From contig CAWJTV010000005.1 in assembly GCA_963845755.1 (NCBI GenBank), forward strand, positions 64,001 through 128,000: a stretch of DNA of 64,000 bases. The letters run 5' to 3'. Each line of letters begins with the position of its first letter. Within the stretch, counting starts at the first letter, position 1. The position numbers and the translations under genes were made by a program. This document shows positions 22,701 to 32,855 of the stretch, piece after piece. This DNA is from an uncultured Planctomycetota bacterium (lineage in GTDB: Bacteria; Planctomycetota; Planctomycetia; Isosphaerales; Isosphaeraceae). Under the pieces are notes generated by a model, which was not told the DNA's origin, did no database searches, and saw only the letters and a list, made by a program, of their open reading frames with translations.

Positions 22701-23404
22701 CTTGCAAAGCACCCTACCGCGCCGATGGTCAGGCGCTGGCCTTTGCCGTACCCAGCGAGGGCTGGGTCGGCGTGATTCCCGATGGCAAACCGGATCGTTT
22801 GGTGCGCCTCGGTCCCCATCCGAGGGTCCGGCACGTCAGCCTCAGTACCGATGGGCGTTATGCGGCCACCAGCACCTGGAAGGGTTCCGGTGTCAAGATA
22901 TGGGACCCGCTCGGAGGCTCCCTGCTCCATGAGATCACCAGCCATTCCGCGCGCTGCGAATTCAGCCCGGACGGCCGTTGGCTGGGCACCTCGTTTCATG
23001 GCAAGTACCAGCTATGGCAGGTGGGATCCTGGCGGTCGGGTCCCGTCATCCACAGCGAGGATAGCGACAGCCACGGACCACTGGCGTTTTCACGCGACGG
23101 AACCCTCGTGGCGGTGAGCGTCGATTTTAGCCGCCTGATCAAGCTCGTCCGCCTCGATACGGCCTCCGAGATCGCCACGCTCGAGCCGCCCGACCAGGCC
23201 ACGATTCACGATCTCGCGTTCAGCCCCGATGGCGCCCTGCTCGCCGCAGCGACCAGCGACCACGCCACTCATCTCTGGGACCTTCGTGCCGTTCGTCTCG
23301 AACTGGCACGAATCGGCCTCGACTGGGACCTGCCCCCACACTCCTCCCCGCGCTCGGCCATGACCCTCGGCCCGCGCCGGGTGACGTTCAATCTCAACGA
23401 TTGA
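19711..23404 (+). CDS. Ser/Thr protein kinase with hydrophobic segment and WD40 repeats (frameshift ~20050)
   Basis: EGGMGYVF, HRDIKPSNLL, DFGLA and GTLRFIPPE; hydrophobic helix after WCRRNP; multiple AFSPDG/GH...IWD repeats. Confidence 0.9.
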
Positions 23405-23993
23405 TCGGAGGATCGTCCGACACCCTTGCCGAGCCCGATTCCGGTTTGACGGTCCTCAATGCGCGGTAAAGGACATGGCGTCGGAGTGGATGGCCTTCGG
23501 GAAGGAGCGGATGATCGTAATCGTCGGCGGGCGAGTGGGTCATGCCGATCCGCTCCATGACACGCCTCGATCGCAGGTTTGCCGGCACGGTGAATGAGAC
23601 GATCTCATCGAGGGCGAGGTCCTGGAATCCGAATTCGAGAACGGCACGGGCCGCCTCCGTGGCGTAGCCGCGCCCCCAGTGCTCGCGGGCCAACCGCCAG
23701 CCGATCTCCACACACGGCGTGAAGTGCGCCTCGAAGGCCGGCACCGAGAGTCCGACGAAGCCGATGAAGCCGGCGACACCCGGCACTTCCACGGCCCAGA
23801 GTCCGAAACCCCGACGCGCCAAGCCGTCGCGGATTCGGGTTGCCAGGGCATCGCTCTCCGAGCGGTCGAGCGTCTTCGGGAAGAACTCCATCACGTTCGG
23901 GTCGGCATTCATCGCTGCGAAGACCGGTAGGTCCTCATCGCGCCAGGTGCGAAGGTGGAGACGGGTTGTGCGGGGCGTCGAGTCATCTGTCAT
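23394..23993 (-). CDS. GNAT family N-acetyltransferase (RimJ/RimL-like)
   Basis: TTRLHLRTWRDED, VEIGWRLAREHWGRGYATEAA and NLRSRRVMERIGM motifs. Confidence 0.92.
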   Translation of the reverse strand: MTDDSTPRTTRLHLRTWRDEDLPVFAAMNADPNVMEFFPKTLDRSESDALATRIRDGLARRGFGLWAVEVPGVAGFIGFVGLSVPAFEAHFTPCVEIGWRLAREHWGRGYATEAARAVLEFGFQDLALDEIVSFTVPANLRSRRVMERIGMTHSPADDYDHPLLPEGHPLRRHVLYRALRTVKPESGSARVSDDPPINR

Positions 23994-24047
23994 CGGTCGC
24001 GATCTCCCGTTTCCTGGCGGAGGGCGTCTTTCGTCAGGGGAACCTGG

Positions 24048-24616
24048 CGCGGCCTTCGGTCGCTACCAAGAAGGGATTCGGGATTCCGGATTCGAGATTC
24101 GAGATTCCGGATTCGAGATTCGAGATTCGGGATTCGGGATTCGAGAATCGGGATTCGAGAATTCGGGATTCCGGACTCGAGATTCGAGATTCGAGATTCG
24201 AGATTTGGGACTCGAGATTCGGGATTCCGGACTCGAGATTCGGGATTCGAGATTTGGGATTCGAGATTCGGGATTCGAGATTCGGGATTCCGGACTCGAG
24301 ATTCGGGATTCGGGATTCGAGATTCGGGATTCGGGATTCGAGATTCGGGATTCCGGAATTCGGAATTCGGAATTCGGAATCCGGAATTCGGGTTCCGGAT
24401 GAAAAAGGAATAGGGAATCCGGAATCAAGGATTCCCAGTTGTGCGCACGGCGCAGGGATCGTACGGAGATCGGCTCTAATGCGGCGATCGGGCCGAAGAG
24501 AATCCGGATTCGCCATTCGCGATTCCAGATGAGCGATGACTCGGGAATCTGGAATCGCGAATCTTGAATCTCCAGGATACGCGCACCGCGCAGGCATCCT
24601 TCGGAGGAATACTCTA
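24048..24616. repeat. Two tandem copies of a heptamer-array repeat element; the first contains ~330 bp of (GGGATTC/GAGATTC/CGGATTC)n
   Basis: 7-bp periodicity from 24072 to 24400, followed by complementary GAATC-type units. The flanks are conserved and shared with 50172-50328. Confidence 0.9.
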
Positions 24617-24638
24617 TCCAAAGTGGCCTGAGAACGCC

Positions 24639-25338
24639 TCAGGACAGCTCGAACAACAAGACTTCGGAAGGTCCTTCGGCCCGGAACCTGGACACCGGGC
24701 TCGTCACTGATCGCCGCGCCATCCCCGCTCGCGAGAGTTTTCCCACTCAGTGCGACCGCTCCGCGCAAGACTTGCAGCCAGCCATGGCGTTGTCGATCCA
24801 GACGGTGCGTGATCTCGGTGCCCGCGTCGATCGAAGCCAGGAACAGTCGCGCATCCTGCCGGATGATCAACGAACCGTCCTCCCCATCCGGCGAAGCGAC
24901 CACGCGAAGTCGATTCCGTCGTTCCGCTTCGGGGAACGTCTTCTGTTCGTAAGACGGATTCAGTCCCTCCCGCTCCGGCAGCAGCCAGATCTGGTAGAGG
25001 TGGATCGGCTCGGTCTCGGACGCGTTGAACTCGCTGTGAGTGATGCCCGTGCCGGCCGTCATCCGCTGGAGCTCACCCGGCCCCAGGACTCCGCCGGAGC
25101 CCAAACTGTCCCGATGCGCCAGGGCACCCTCGAGCACGTACGTCACGATCTCCATGTCGCGATGCCCATGCGTCCCAAATCCCTGCCCCGGTGCGATCCG
25201 ATCTTCATTGATCACACGGAGGGCGCGGAAACCCATCTGCTCCGCATCGAAATAACGGCTGAACGAAAACGTGTGGTACGTGTCGAGCCAGCCGTGGTCG
25301 AAATGGCCCCGCTCGACTCCCCTGCGAACCCGGATCAC
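24639..25338 (-). CDS. Pirin family protein (YhhW-like; frameshift ~24685)
   Basis: HGWLDTYHTFSF, LRVINEDRI, GFGTHGHRDMEI, MTAGTGITHSEFN and YQIW. Removing one C gives the expected ending RAEGPSEVLLFELS-stop. Confidence 0.92.
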
Positions 25339-25642
25339 TGCCGACTCCTTGGTTTTTCCCTAAACCGTTGAGATCCCACGAATCCGGCCAGGCAAACTCC
25401 TCGATCGCTGCCTGGTCCGTGCACCGGCGAACGACTCGTCAACACCCTGATAGTTTACATCTAAACCAAATTCTGTCAAGGGATCGAGGCGCTGAAATCG
25501 AGAGGCGTCGAACCGGAGTGAGTGGACCACCCGTTTTCCTGATAAGCGAGTCGGGCTATAATCTCCTTGCATGCGCGTCAGGATGTAAGTGGCCGAGGTC
25601 AGATTGGCCGAGAATTGTTGCATCAATGGAGTCCGCTAACTC

Positions 25643-27275
25643 ATGGCAGCCCTGCGGATGATCGAAGGCGATCGGCCTGGCACGGTGTACCGGCTGGAGA
25701 AAGACGAGACAGTGATCGGGAAAGCCGCGGAGTGCGACATCCCGCTGTGCGACGTGCACGTTTCGAAGTCGCACGCGAAGATCGTCCGCCAAGCCGACGG
25801 CTTCTACCTCGTAGACCTCGACAGCACGAACCATACGAAGCTCGAGGGGGAGCGTCTGCCGGCGATGCAGCCCCGCCGCCTGCTCGACGGCGACACAATC
25901 AAAATATGCAGATTCACATTTGTCTATAGTGGGGGCGATCTGGCCCAGGAAGGGGCGCCCGACGATCCTCGACTCGATCGAGGTGCTATCGTCCGGCGGC
26001 CGGCCGCGTGCCGGGGCCAAGGCGGAAGAAAAACTCCGGGTCGTCATGGATATCGTCAGGGAGCTGGTCGGGGTCCTGGAGCTTTCGGCCGTGCTCGAGA
26101 AGGTGCTGGAGGCATTATTCCAGATTTTCCCCCAGGCCGAGCGCGGGTTCGTGCTGTTCCAGGAGTCGCGGACGAATCAGTTGCAGGTCCGCGCCAGCAA
26201 GTTCCGGCATCGCGGGACGGAGCGATCGGCGCCCAGCCGCACGGTTTACGATCACGTCACGAAGGAGGGCCTGGCGATCCTCTGCGAGGACGTCCCCGCC
26301 GACAGCCGGTTCGGCTTGATCCATAGCCTCGAGATGAACCAGGTTCGGACGATGATGTGCGTACCGCTCTGGGATCACCAGCACCGGGCGATCGGTGCCC
26401 TCCACGTGGATACTCGCGATGGACGGAGCCGGTTTACCCAGGACGACCTCGATTTCGTCGTCGCGCTGGCCGGCACGATCAGCATGGGCGTCGAGAACGC
26501 GCAACTGCATGAATGGGACGTCATCATGGAGCGCCGCAAGCAAGAGGCGCGAGATGCTCGTGCGGTGCAGTTGTCCCTGATCCCGGTACGATCCCCGGAC
26601 CTACCCGGGTATGCATTCTGGCACGACTACGAACCGGCGGAATTCGTCGGCGGCGATTACTTCGACTATCATCCGCTGCCAGGGGCGGATGCTTCGGCGC
26701 CGTCGAGACGATGGGCCGCCGCCGTGGGTGATGTCGCCGGCAAGGGGATGCCGGCCGCGCTGATGATGGCCCGTCTTTCCGCCGAGGTGCGACTCCTCGT
26801 CCAGGTGGAGCCCGACCCGGTCCGGTTGGTCCGTCGCCTGAATCGCAACCTGTGTGAGGTCGGTGGCGAGAAGTTTGTCACGTTCCTGCTCGTGATCGTC
26901 AACGCGGACCGTCACAGCCTGACGGTGATCAATGCGGGTCATCCGTCGCCGATGATCCGTCGGGCGGACGGACGCCTCGATCTCGTCACGGCGACCAGGG
27001 CCTCGATGCCCCTCGGGGTGAAGGACGACGAGACCTACCATGCCTCAACGACCCCGCTGGCGCCCGGTGATGTTGTCGTGCTCTTCACCGATGGGGTCGA
27101 GACCATGAGTCGAGAGGGCGAACTTCTGGGAATGGAACGACTGAAGCGGATCATCGCCGAGGCACCTCCGGTTGTTGCGTCGGTCGGCGAGGCCATCCGC
27201 GACGCGGTTCGACTCCATTCTGCGGGGCGAAGCCAGTTCGACGATATCACCATCCTCTGCTTCGGGCCGGTGTGA
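25643..27275 (+). CDS. FHA-GAF-SpoIIE (PP2C-type) phosphatase, paralogue 1 (frameshift ~25935)
   Basis: FHA (VIGK...VSKSHAKI...DLDSTNHT), GAF (MCVPLWD...FTQDDL) and SpoIIE (VGGDYFD, GDVAGKG, NAGH, FTDG, DDIT) motifs. Confidence 0.9.
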
Positions 27276-27343
27276 CCCGCGCTCGCCTGTGATCACCCCG
27301 GGAGCCCCGGTCGTGATTCGAGCGCTTAACGCTTGAATGACGA

Positions 27344-27423
27344 TCGCCGGACGGAGCCGGCTCCTACAAAACGACGTTGGTCCGGCTTGCGGTCCGGGTG
27401 TAGGAGGGGGCTCTGTCCCCCGA
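27344..27423. repeat. REP-like inverted repeat with GTAG ends
   Basis: TCGCCGGACGGAGCCGGCTCCTACA ... TGTAGGAGGGGGCTCTGTCCCCCGA. Confidence 0.65.
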
Positions 27424-27590
27424 CCCTCAGCTCCAGCCGATCCCCCTCCCGGACCATTACCCGTTTAACATGAGAAACTCAGCCGGGTAAAATGCAAGGA
27501 AATCGCGCCCGAGCGTCGATCGCGATTGGAGAAGTGAGGAAGGCTTCCTGTCGCTGAGTGCTCGCATGGATCAGCGAGGAGTACGACTCC

Positions 27591-29241
27591 ATGCCGACGT
27601 TGCAGATGATCAAGGGAGAGTGGCCACAGAAGCTGTATCGACTCGCTCAGGAGGAGACGGTCATCGGCAAAGGGCCTCATTGCGACATCATCCTTCCGGA
27701 TGAACATGTTTCGACGCTGCACGCCAAGGTCGTTCGTCGCCAGGACGGCCTCTACATCGAAGACCTCAACAGCAAGAATGAAACGAAGGTCGGTCGAGAC
27801 CTCCTGGAAAAGGTCACGGAACCGCGGCGTCTGACACATGGCGATGAGATCAAGATCTGTAAGTATCGGTTCATTTATCTCGAGGGCGAGCCGATCCCGG
27901 GTGAAACGCTGACGGTGCTGGAAACGATCGGCGTGTTGACGGCCGACGTGCGCAGCCCCGGTGAGTTCGAGTTCCGAGGAGAAGCTTCGGGTTGTCGAGG
28001 AGATGTGCGGCGAGTTGATGGGGGTGCTCGACCTCGACGCGGTGCTGGGGAAGGTCCTTGAGGCGTTATTGCGCATCTTCCCGCAGGCCGAGAGGGTCCT
28101 GCTCGTGTCGCAGGATGGGGATACGCGAGAGCTCCGAGTCCGGGCGAGCCGTATCCGGCACGCCGATCGGGACCGAGCGGCACCCAGTCGTACAGTCTTC
28201 GATCTGGTCACTCGCGAGGGCCACGCAATCCTCTGTGCGGACATCAGCGCGGACGTTCGACTCTCCGAGAGTGACAGTCTCGGCAAAGCCCGGGTCCGGA
28301 CGATCATGTGCGTTCCAATCTGGGACACCGAACGTCGCCCGGTCGGCGTACTGGAACTCGACGCGGAACATCGGCAGGGCCGGTTCACCCAGGAGGATCT
28401 CGACTTCCTCGTCGCCCTGGCGACCACGATCAGCATGGCGCTCGAGAACGCTCGGCTGCACGACCTGGCCCTGAGGCTTAGAGAGTGGGATCGGGAGGGG
28501 CAGGATGCCAGGGTGGTGCAAGACTGCCTGATCCCGGCGCGACCTCCGGAATTGCGAGGCTATGAATTCTGGCATTACTACCAGCCGGCTCGCTTCGTCG
28601 GCGGAGATTATTTCGACTATCGTCCGCTGCGCCGGCAGCGCGCTCTCGCGGCGGCCGCGACGGCGAGACGATGGGCCATCGCGGTCGGTGACGTCTCGGG
28701 CAAGGGGATGCCTGCGGCCTTGCTCATGGCCGGGCTCTCGAGCGAGGTTCGACTCCTGCTCGACACCGAGGCTCGGGCGATTGGTGTGATGGGACGACTC
28801 AATCGAAGCCTCTGCGAGACAAACGTGAGCGGGAGGTTCGTCACCTTCCTGCTGGCCATGCTGGATGGAAAACGTCACGAGCTGACGGTGCTCAACGCCG
28901 GCCATCCCTGGGCGATGATCCGTCGCGCCGATAAGACCGTCGAGCTGATCGGTGAGGGGCTACAGTCGATGCCCCTGGGTATCCAGGATGATGACGATTA
29001 CCAGACGGTCCCGACCGCGATCAAGCCGGGCGATGTGGTGGTCCTCTGCACGGATGGCGTCACGGAGGCGATGAACTCTGACCTCGAAACGTTCGGCATC
29101 TCGGGCCTGAAGCGGTCGCTCTCGGAGGCACCCGCCGGGGCGGCCGCGGTCGGGGCGGCGATCCTCTCCGACGTCCGCCGCCATGCCGCCGGCCAGGATC
29201 CGAACGACGATATTACCCTCCTCTGCTTCGGACGGCCATGA
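27591..29241 (+). CDS. FHA-GAF-SpoIIE (PP2C-type) phosphatase, paralogue 2 (frameshift ~27955)
   Basis: Same architecture as paralogue 1: VIGKGPHCDI...VSTLHAKV...DLNSKNET; MCVPIWD; VGGDYFD, GDVSGKG, NAGH, CTDG and DDIT. Confidence 0.9.
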
Positions 29242-31748
29242 TCCTGGACAGGCACGAACTTGAATCGACACCCCCCTGGCACTCGTCCGGTGAAACAACC
29301 ACGGATTCCCCGTCGCTCGACCCCGGCCGGGGGATCGGCTGGTATCACCTGGAGAGCGTCTTGGGCGAGGGTACGTTCGGACGGGTCTACCTGGCCCAGC
29401 ATGAAGTCCTGGGCCGGCGAGTGGCGATCAAGGTGTTGAATCGACGGCATGGGTCCGGGCGACAGGAAATCCGTGCCTTTCTCAACGAGGCCCTCATTCT
29501 GGCCGAATTCAACCATCCGGGCATCGTGCCGGTCTTCGACGCCGGCTGGACGGAAGATGGTTTGTACTACATCGTGTCGCGTTATGTGGAAGGGGGCGAC
29601 CTGCGTGGCGTTCTTGCGCGAGGCCGGCAGCCCGCCCGGCGCACCGCCGAGATCACGATCGCGGTCGCGGAGGCGCTGGCCTACGCCCATGCTCACGGCC
29701 TGGTCCACCGCGATATCAAGCCGGCTAATATCCTCATGGATCTCGACGGCAAGCCGCTGGTGGCCGACTTCGGGGTGGCCCTCCGAGACAAGGATTTCGG
29801 CCGAGGGACCAGGCTTGCCGGCACACCCGCGTATATGAGTCCCGAGCAAGCTCGGGGCCAGGGGCACCGGGTGGATGTCCGATCGGACATCTTCAGCCTG
29901 GGCGTCGTCTTGTATGAGATGCTGACGGGCCGACGTCCTTTCCGGGGCGCGGACCCGCGCGAGCTCTCGGAGCAGATCATTCGCGGGCCGGCCGTTCCTC
30001 CCCGTGAAATCGACGGGACCATCTCCGAGGCCGTGGAGCGGGTTTGTCTCAAGGCCATCGAGAAGCGGCCCGGAGATCGTTACACGACGGCGCTCGATCT
30101 GGCGAGGGATCTCCGGGAATACCTCGATACCGATGAGGTCCACCTCGGGACGAGCGTCGCGGTCGAACCCGACCCGGATGATCCCGACACCGTCTCACCC
30201 TCGCGGCCGAGCCCCACGTCGTCGGCCGCGAGCCGAGAGATCGTGTTGATCTCGACGAGGACGGGATACTCGACTACGGACTTGCACGCGCTCAAACTTC
30301 GACCGCGCGGATTGCGGCCTTTCGGGCGAAAAGACGCCGGTTTTTTCCAGGACCTGCTCCCCGGGCCTCGCGACCAGAACGGGTCGCCCGAGATCCTGGG
30401 CTTCTGGCGATCTCGGATCGAGGGCTCAGACGGCCGAGAACCCCTCCGGCTCGGTCTCGTGTTCGGCCCCTCTGGCTCCGGCAAGTCCTCGATGGTCACG
30501 GCTGGCCTCCTGCCGCTCCTGTCCGAGCGCATTTCCGTGGTTTCCATCGAGGCGACAGCCGCCGATACCGAGGGCATCCTCCTGACGAAGCTGCGGTCTC
30601 GATATCCCCGCCTGCTCGCCGGATTCAACCTCGCTGCCTCGTTCATCGCGGCCCGGAAGGGCCTTATCCTCCCGCTCGGAAGACGTCTGCTCATCGTCAT
30701 CGATCAGTTCGAGCGCTGGCTGCGTACCGCGCGACCCCGAGACGAGCAGGGATTGCTGGCCGCATTGCGACAGTGTGACGGCGAGCACGTTCAGGCCCTC
30801 CTCGTGGTCCGGGACGACTCCTGGCTCGCCGCCAGCCGGCTCCTGAGAGATCTGGGGGATCGCCTGATCGAAGGGGAGAATATTACACCTATTGATCCGT
30901 TTGATCCGAGACATGCCCGGGCGGTCCTGTCGGCCTACGGCAGGGCCTTCGGGGGCTTGCCCGAGGATGCGACACTCCTCACGGAAGAGCATGAGAAGTT
31001 CCTCGACGATGCGATCTCGGCGTTGTCGAGGGACGGTCCGCTTATCCCCATTCGACTGGTCCTCTTCGCAGGGCTGCTCGGACATCGGGTCTGGAACACG
31101 TCGAGATGGGAGGCCATCTCACGATTGGGAAACGACGATGCGGCCTATCTCGAAGCAGCCTTCGACACGGAAACTGCGCCCGCCGATCGCCGTGCACATC
31201 GACAGGCCGCCCGCTCGGTGCTAAAGGCACTCTTGCCGGCAAACGAGGAGAGGGCCCCGTTGCCAATCCTCTCGTATCGCGACATCGTCGAGGCATCCGG
31301 TCGTGCAACTCAGCCCTTCGAATGCCAGGCCCTCTTTCGCATCCTCGAGGAGGAGCTACGGCTCATCACGCGAGTCGATGTCGCGAGTCGAGCCGAATCC
31401 GAAGGGCCGCCCGCGGAGAGGGAGAGTTTCACCTACCGCCTGGGTCACGACTATCTCGTCGGACCCCTCTCCCTCTGGCTAGCCCGTGATCGAACCTCGC
31501 CATCATGCCATGTTCGAGGAGAGCATCATCCCCGACAAGAACTTACGGATCCCGGCAGGACGCGGAACCAGCCGATCGATCTGAATACGGCCAGCGAGTC
31601 GGAATTGAGGAGCCTGCCGGGCGTCGGACCGGTAATCGCTCACCGAATCATCGAGGCTAGACCTTGGCGGTCGGCCGCCGATTTGTTGAGGATCAAGGGT
31701 ATCGACGAGAAGCGTCTCGAAAGGCTTCAACCCCTGATCCGGCTGTAA
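29238..31748 (+). CDS. Ser/Thr kinase - STAND-type P-loop NTPase - ComEA-like helix-hairpin-helix fusion protein
   Basis: Kinase motifs GEGTFGRV, VAIK, HRDIKPANIL, DFG and GTPAYMSPE. Walker A GPSGSGKSS, Walker B LLIVIDQFE, and YRLGHDYL. C-terminal IDLNTASESELRSLPGVGPVIAHRII...LLRIKGI. Confidence 0.85.
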   Translation: MILDRHELESTPPWHSSGETTTDSPSLDPGRGIGWYHLESVLGEGTFGRVYLAQHEVLGRRVAIKVLNRRHGSGRQEIRAFLNEALILAEFNHPGIVPVFDAGWTEDGLYYIVSRYVEGGDLRGVLARGRQPARRTAEITIAVAEALAYAHAHGLVHRDIKPANILMDLDGKPLVADFGVALRDKDFGRGTRLAGTPAYMSPEQARGQGHRVDVRSDIFSLGVVLYEMLTGRRPFRGADPRELSEQIIRGPAVPPREIDGTISEAVERVCLKAIEKRPGDRYTTALDLARDLREYLDTDEVHLGTSVAVEPDPDDPDTVSPSRPSPTSSAASREIVLISTRTGYSTTDLHALKLRPRGLRPFGRKDAGFFQDLLPGPRDQNGSPEILGFWRSRIEGSDGREPLRLGLVFGPSGSGKSSMVTAGLLPLLSERISVVSIEATAADTEGILLTKLRSRYPRLLAGFNLAASFIAARKGLILPLGRRLLIVIDQFERWLRTARPRDEQGLLAALRQCDGEHVQALLVVRDDSWLAASRLLRDLGDRLIEGENITPIDPFDPRHARAVLSAYGRAFGGLPEDATLLTEEHEKFLDDAISALSRDGPLIPIRLVLFAGLLGHRVWNTSRWEAISRLGNDDAAYLEAAFDTETAPADRRAHRQAARSVLKALLPANEERAPLPILSYRDIVEASGRATQPFECQALFRILEEELRLITRVDVASRAESEGPPAERESFTYRLGHDYLVGPLSLWLARDRTSPSCHVRGEHHPRQELTDPGRTRNQPIDLNTASESELRSLPGVGPVIAHRIIEARPWRSAADLLRIKGIDEKRLERLQPLIRL

Positions 31749-32024
31749 TGGCGGCGCGATCGACCATCACGCCCGCTCATTCGAGCCTGTTCCCATCCGG
31801 GATCCCGTCAGGGAATCCTCGAGCCTCGACGTTACGTGGGGCCCTGGGGCCGAACTGGTCCCGAGAGTGATCCATGGGGGGATTCTGGAGACATCAGGTT
31901 GGCGCGAAGGTATTCTCGATGGGGTGGCGAAGGATTGCAAATTCGAGGGACACGAAGGTGGTCGACGTCATCGAGGATGGTGTGGCGACCTGGGTGGACA
32001 CTCGGCCAGAGACTGAGCGGATTG

Positions 32025-32768
32025 ATGATAGGATATGCGACTTCGGTTCACGTCCTGGCCGTGCTCTTCGTCGCGACGTTGATCCGGTCGGCGTTCGGAT
32101 TTGGCGAAGCCTTGGTGGCCGTGCCGCTGCTCGCCTTGGTGATTCCGGTCGAAGTGGCCGCACCACTGGCGACTCTGGTCTCGGTCACCGTCGCCGCTGC
32201 GATCATCGTCCAGGACTGGCGCGAGATCCATGCGCGCAGCGCCTGGAGGCTGGTCTGCTCGACCTTTCTCGGCATCCCGCTTGGCTTGTTGATATTGAAG
32301 ACGGTCCCCGAACCGATCGTTAAGATGCTCCTGGCCATCGTGATCATGGCGTTTTCGATGGATCGCCTGATTCGTCGTCGGCATGCGGAATTGACGGACG
32401 ATCGATGGGCGTGGTTCTTCGGCTTCGGCGCAGGGATCCTGGGGGGTGCCTACGGCATGAATGGGCCGCCGTTGGTGGTCTACGGGACCCTGCGACGCTG
32501 GTCGCCCCAGCACTTTCGCGCCACGCTCCAGGGTTACTTCCTGCCCGCCAGCCTGGCCGGACTCGGCGGCTACTGGTTGGCCGGCTTCTGGGCCCCGGCA
32601 GTGACGAACTATTTCCTGTTGTCGTTGCCGATCGTGCTGGCCGCCATCATCCTGGGCCGCCAGGTCAACCAGCGGTTGAAGGGGTCCTCGTTCATCTTCC
32701 TCATTCATCTCGGACTGGTCGTCATCGGAGTCGTGTTGTTGGGACAGTCGTTGGTCGGCTTTCTGTAA
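32025..32768 (+). CDS. Sulfite exporter TauE/SafE family membrane protein
   Basis: RSAFGFGEALVAVPLL and GILGGAYGMNGPPLV; multiple transmembrane segments. Confidence 0.85.
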   Translation: MIGYATSVHVLAVLFVATLIRSAFGFGEALVAVPLLALVIPVEVAAPLATLVSVTVAAAIIVQDWREIHARSAWRLVCSTFLGIPLGLLILKTVPEPIVKMLLAIVIMAFSMDRLIRRRHAELTDDRWAWFFGFGAGILGGAYGMNGPPLVVYGTLRRWSPQHFRATLQGYFLPASLAGLGGYWLAGFWAPAVTNYFLLSLPIVLAAIILGRQVNQRLKGSSFIFLIHLGLVVIGVVLLGQSLVGFL

Positions 32769-32855
32769 GATGTTCTCAGCGTGTTACGGCCGATCGAGCG
32801 GGATTACTTTCCCCGCACGGCCGGATTCTCAGGTTGAACTCGAGAGGTCAATCCC

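Noticed and set aside
24072..24400. Possible CRISPR array
   Set aside because: Contiguous heptamers without unique spacers, and no cas genes.
23719..24532. ORFs with FEIRDSG / SRIPNPE peptide repeats in several frames
   Set aside because: Artefacts of translating a stop-free 7-bp tandem array. The same 7-aa unit appears in all frames, with no RBS or domain.
24034..24638. Apparent long repetitive C-terminal extension of the pirin (434-aa ORF)
   Set aside because: Caused by one extra base near 24685. The corrected frame ends normally at 24639.
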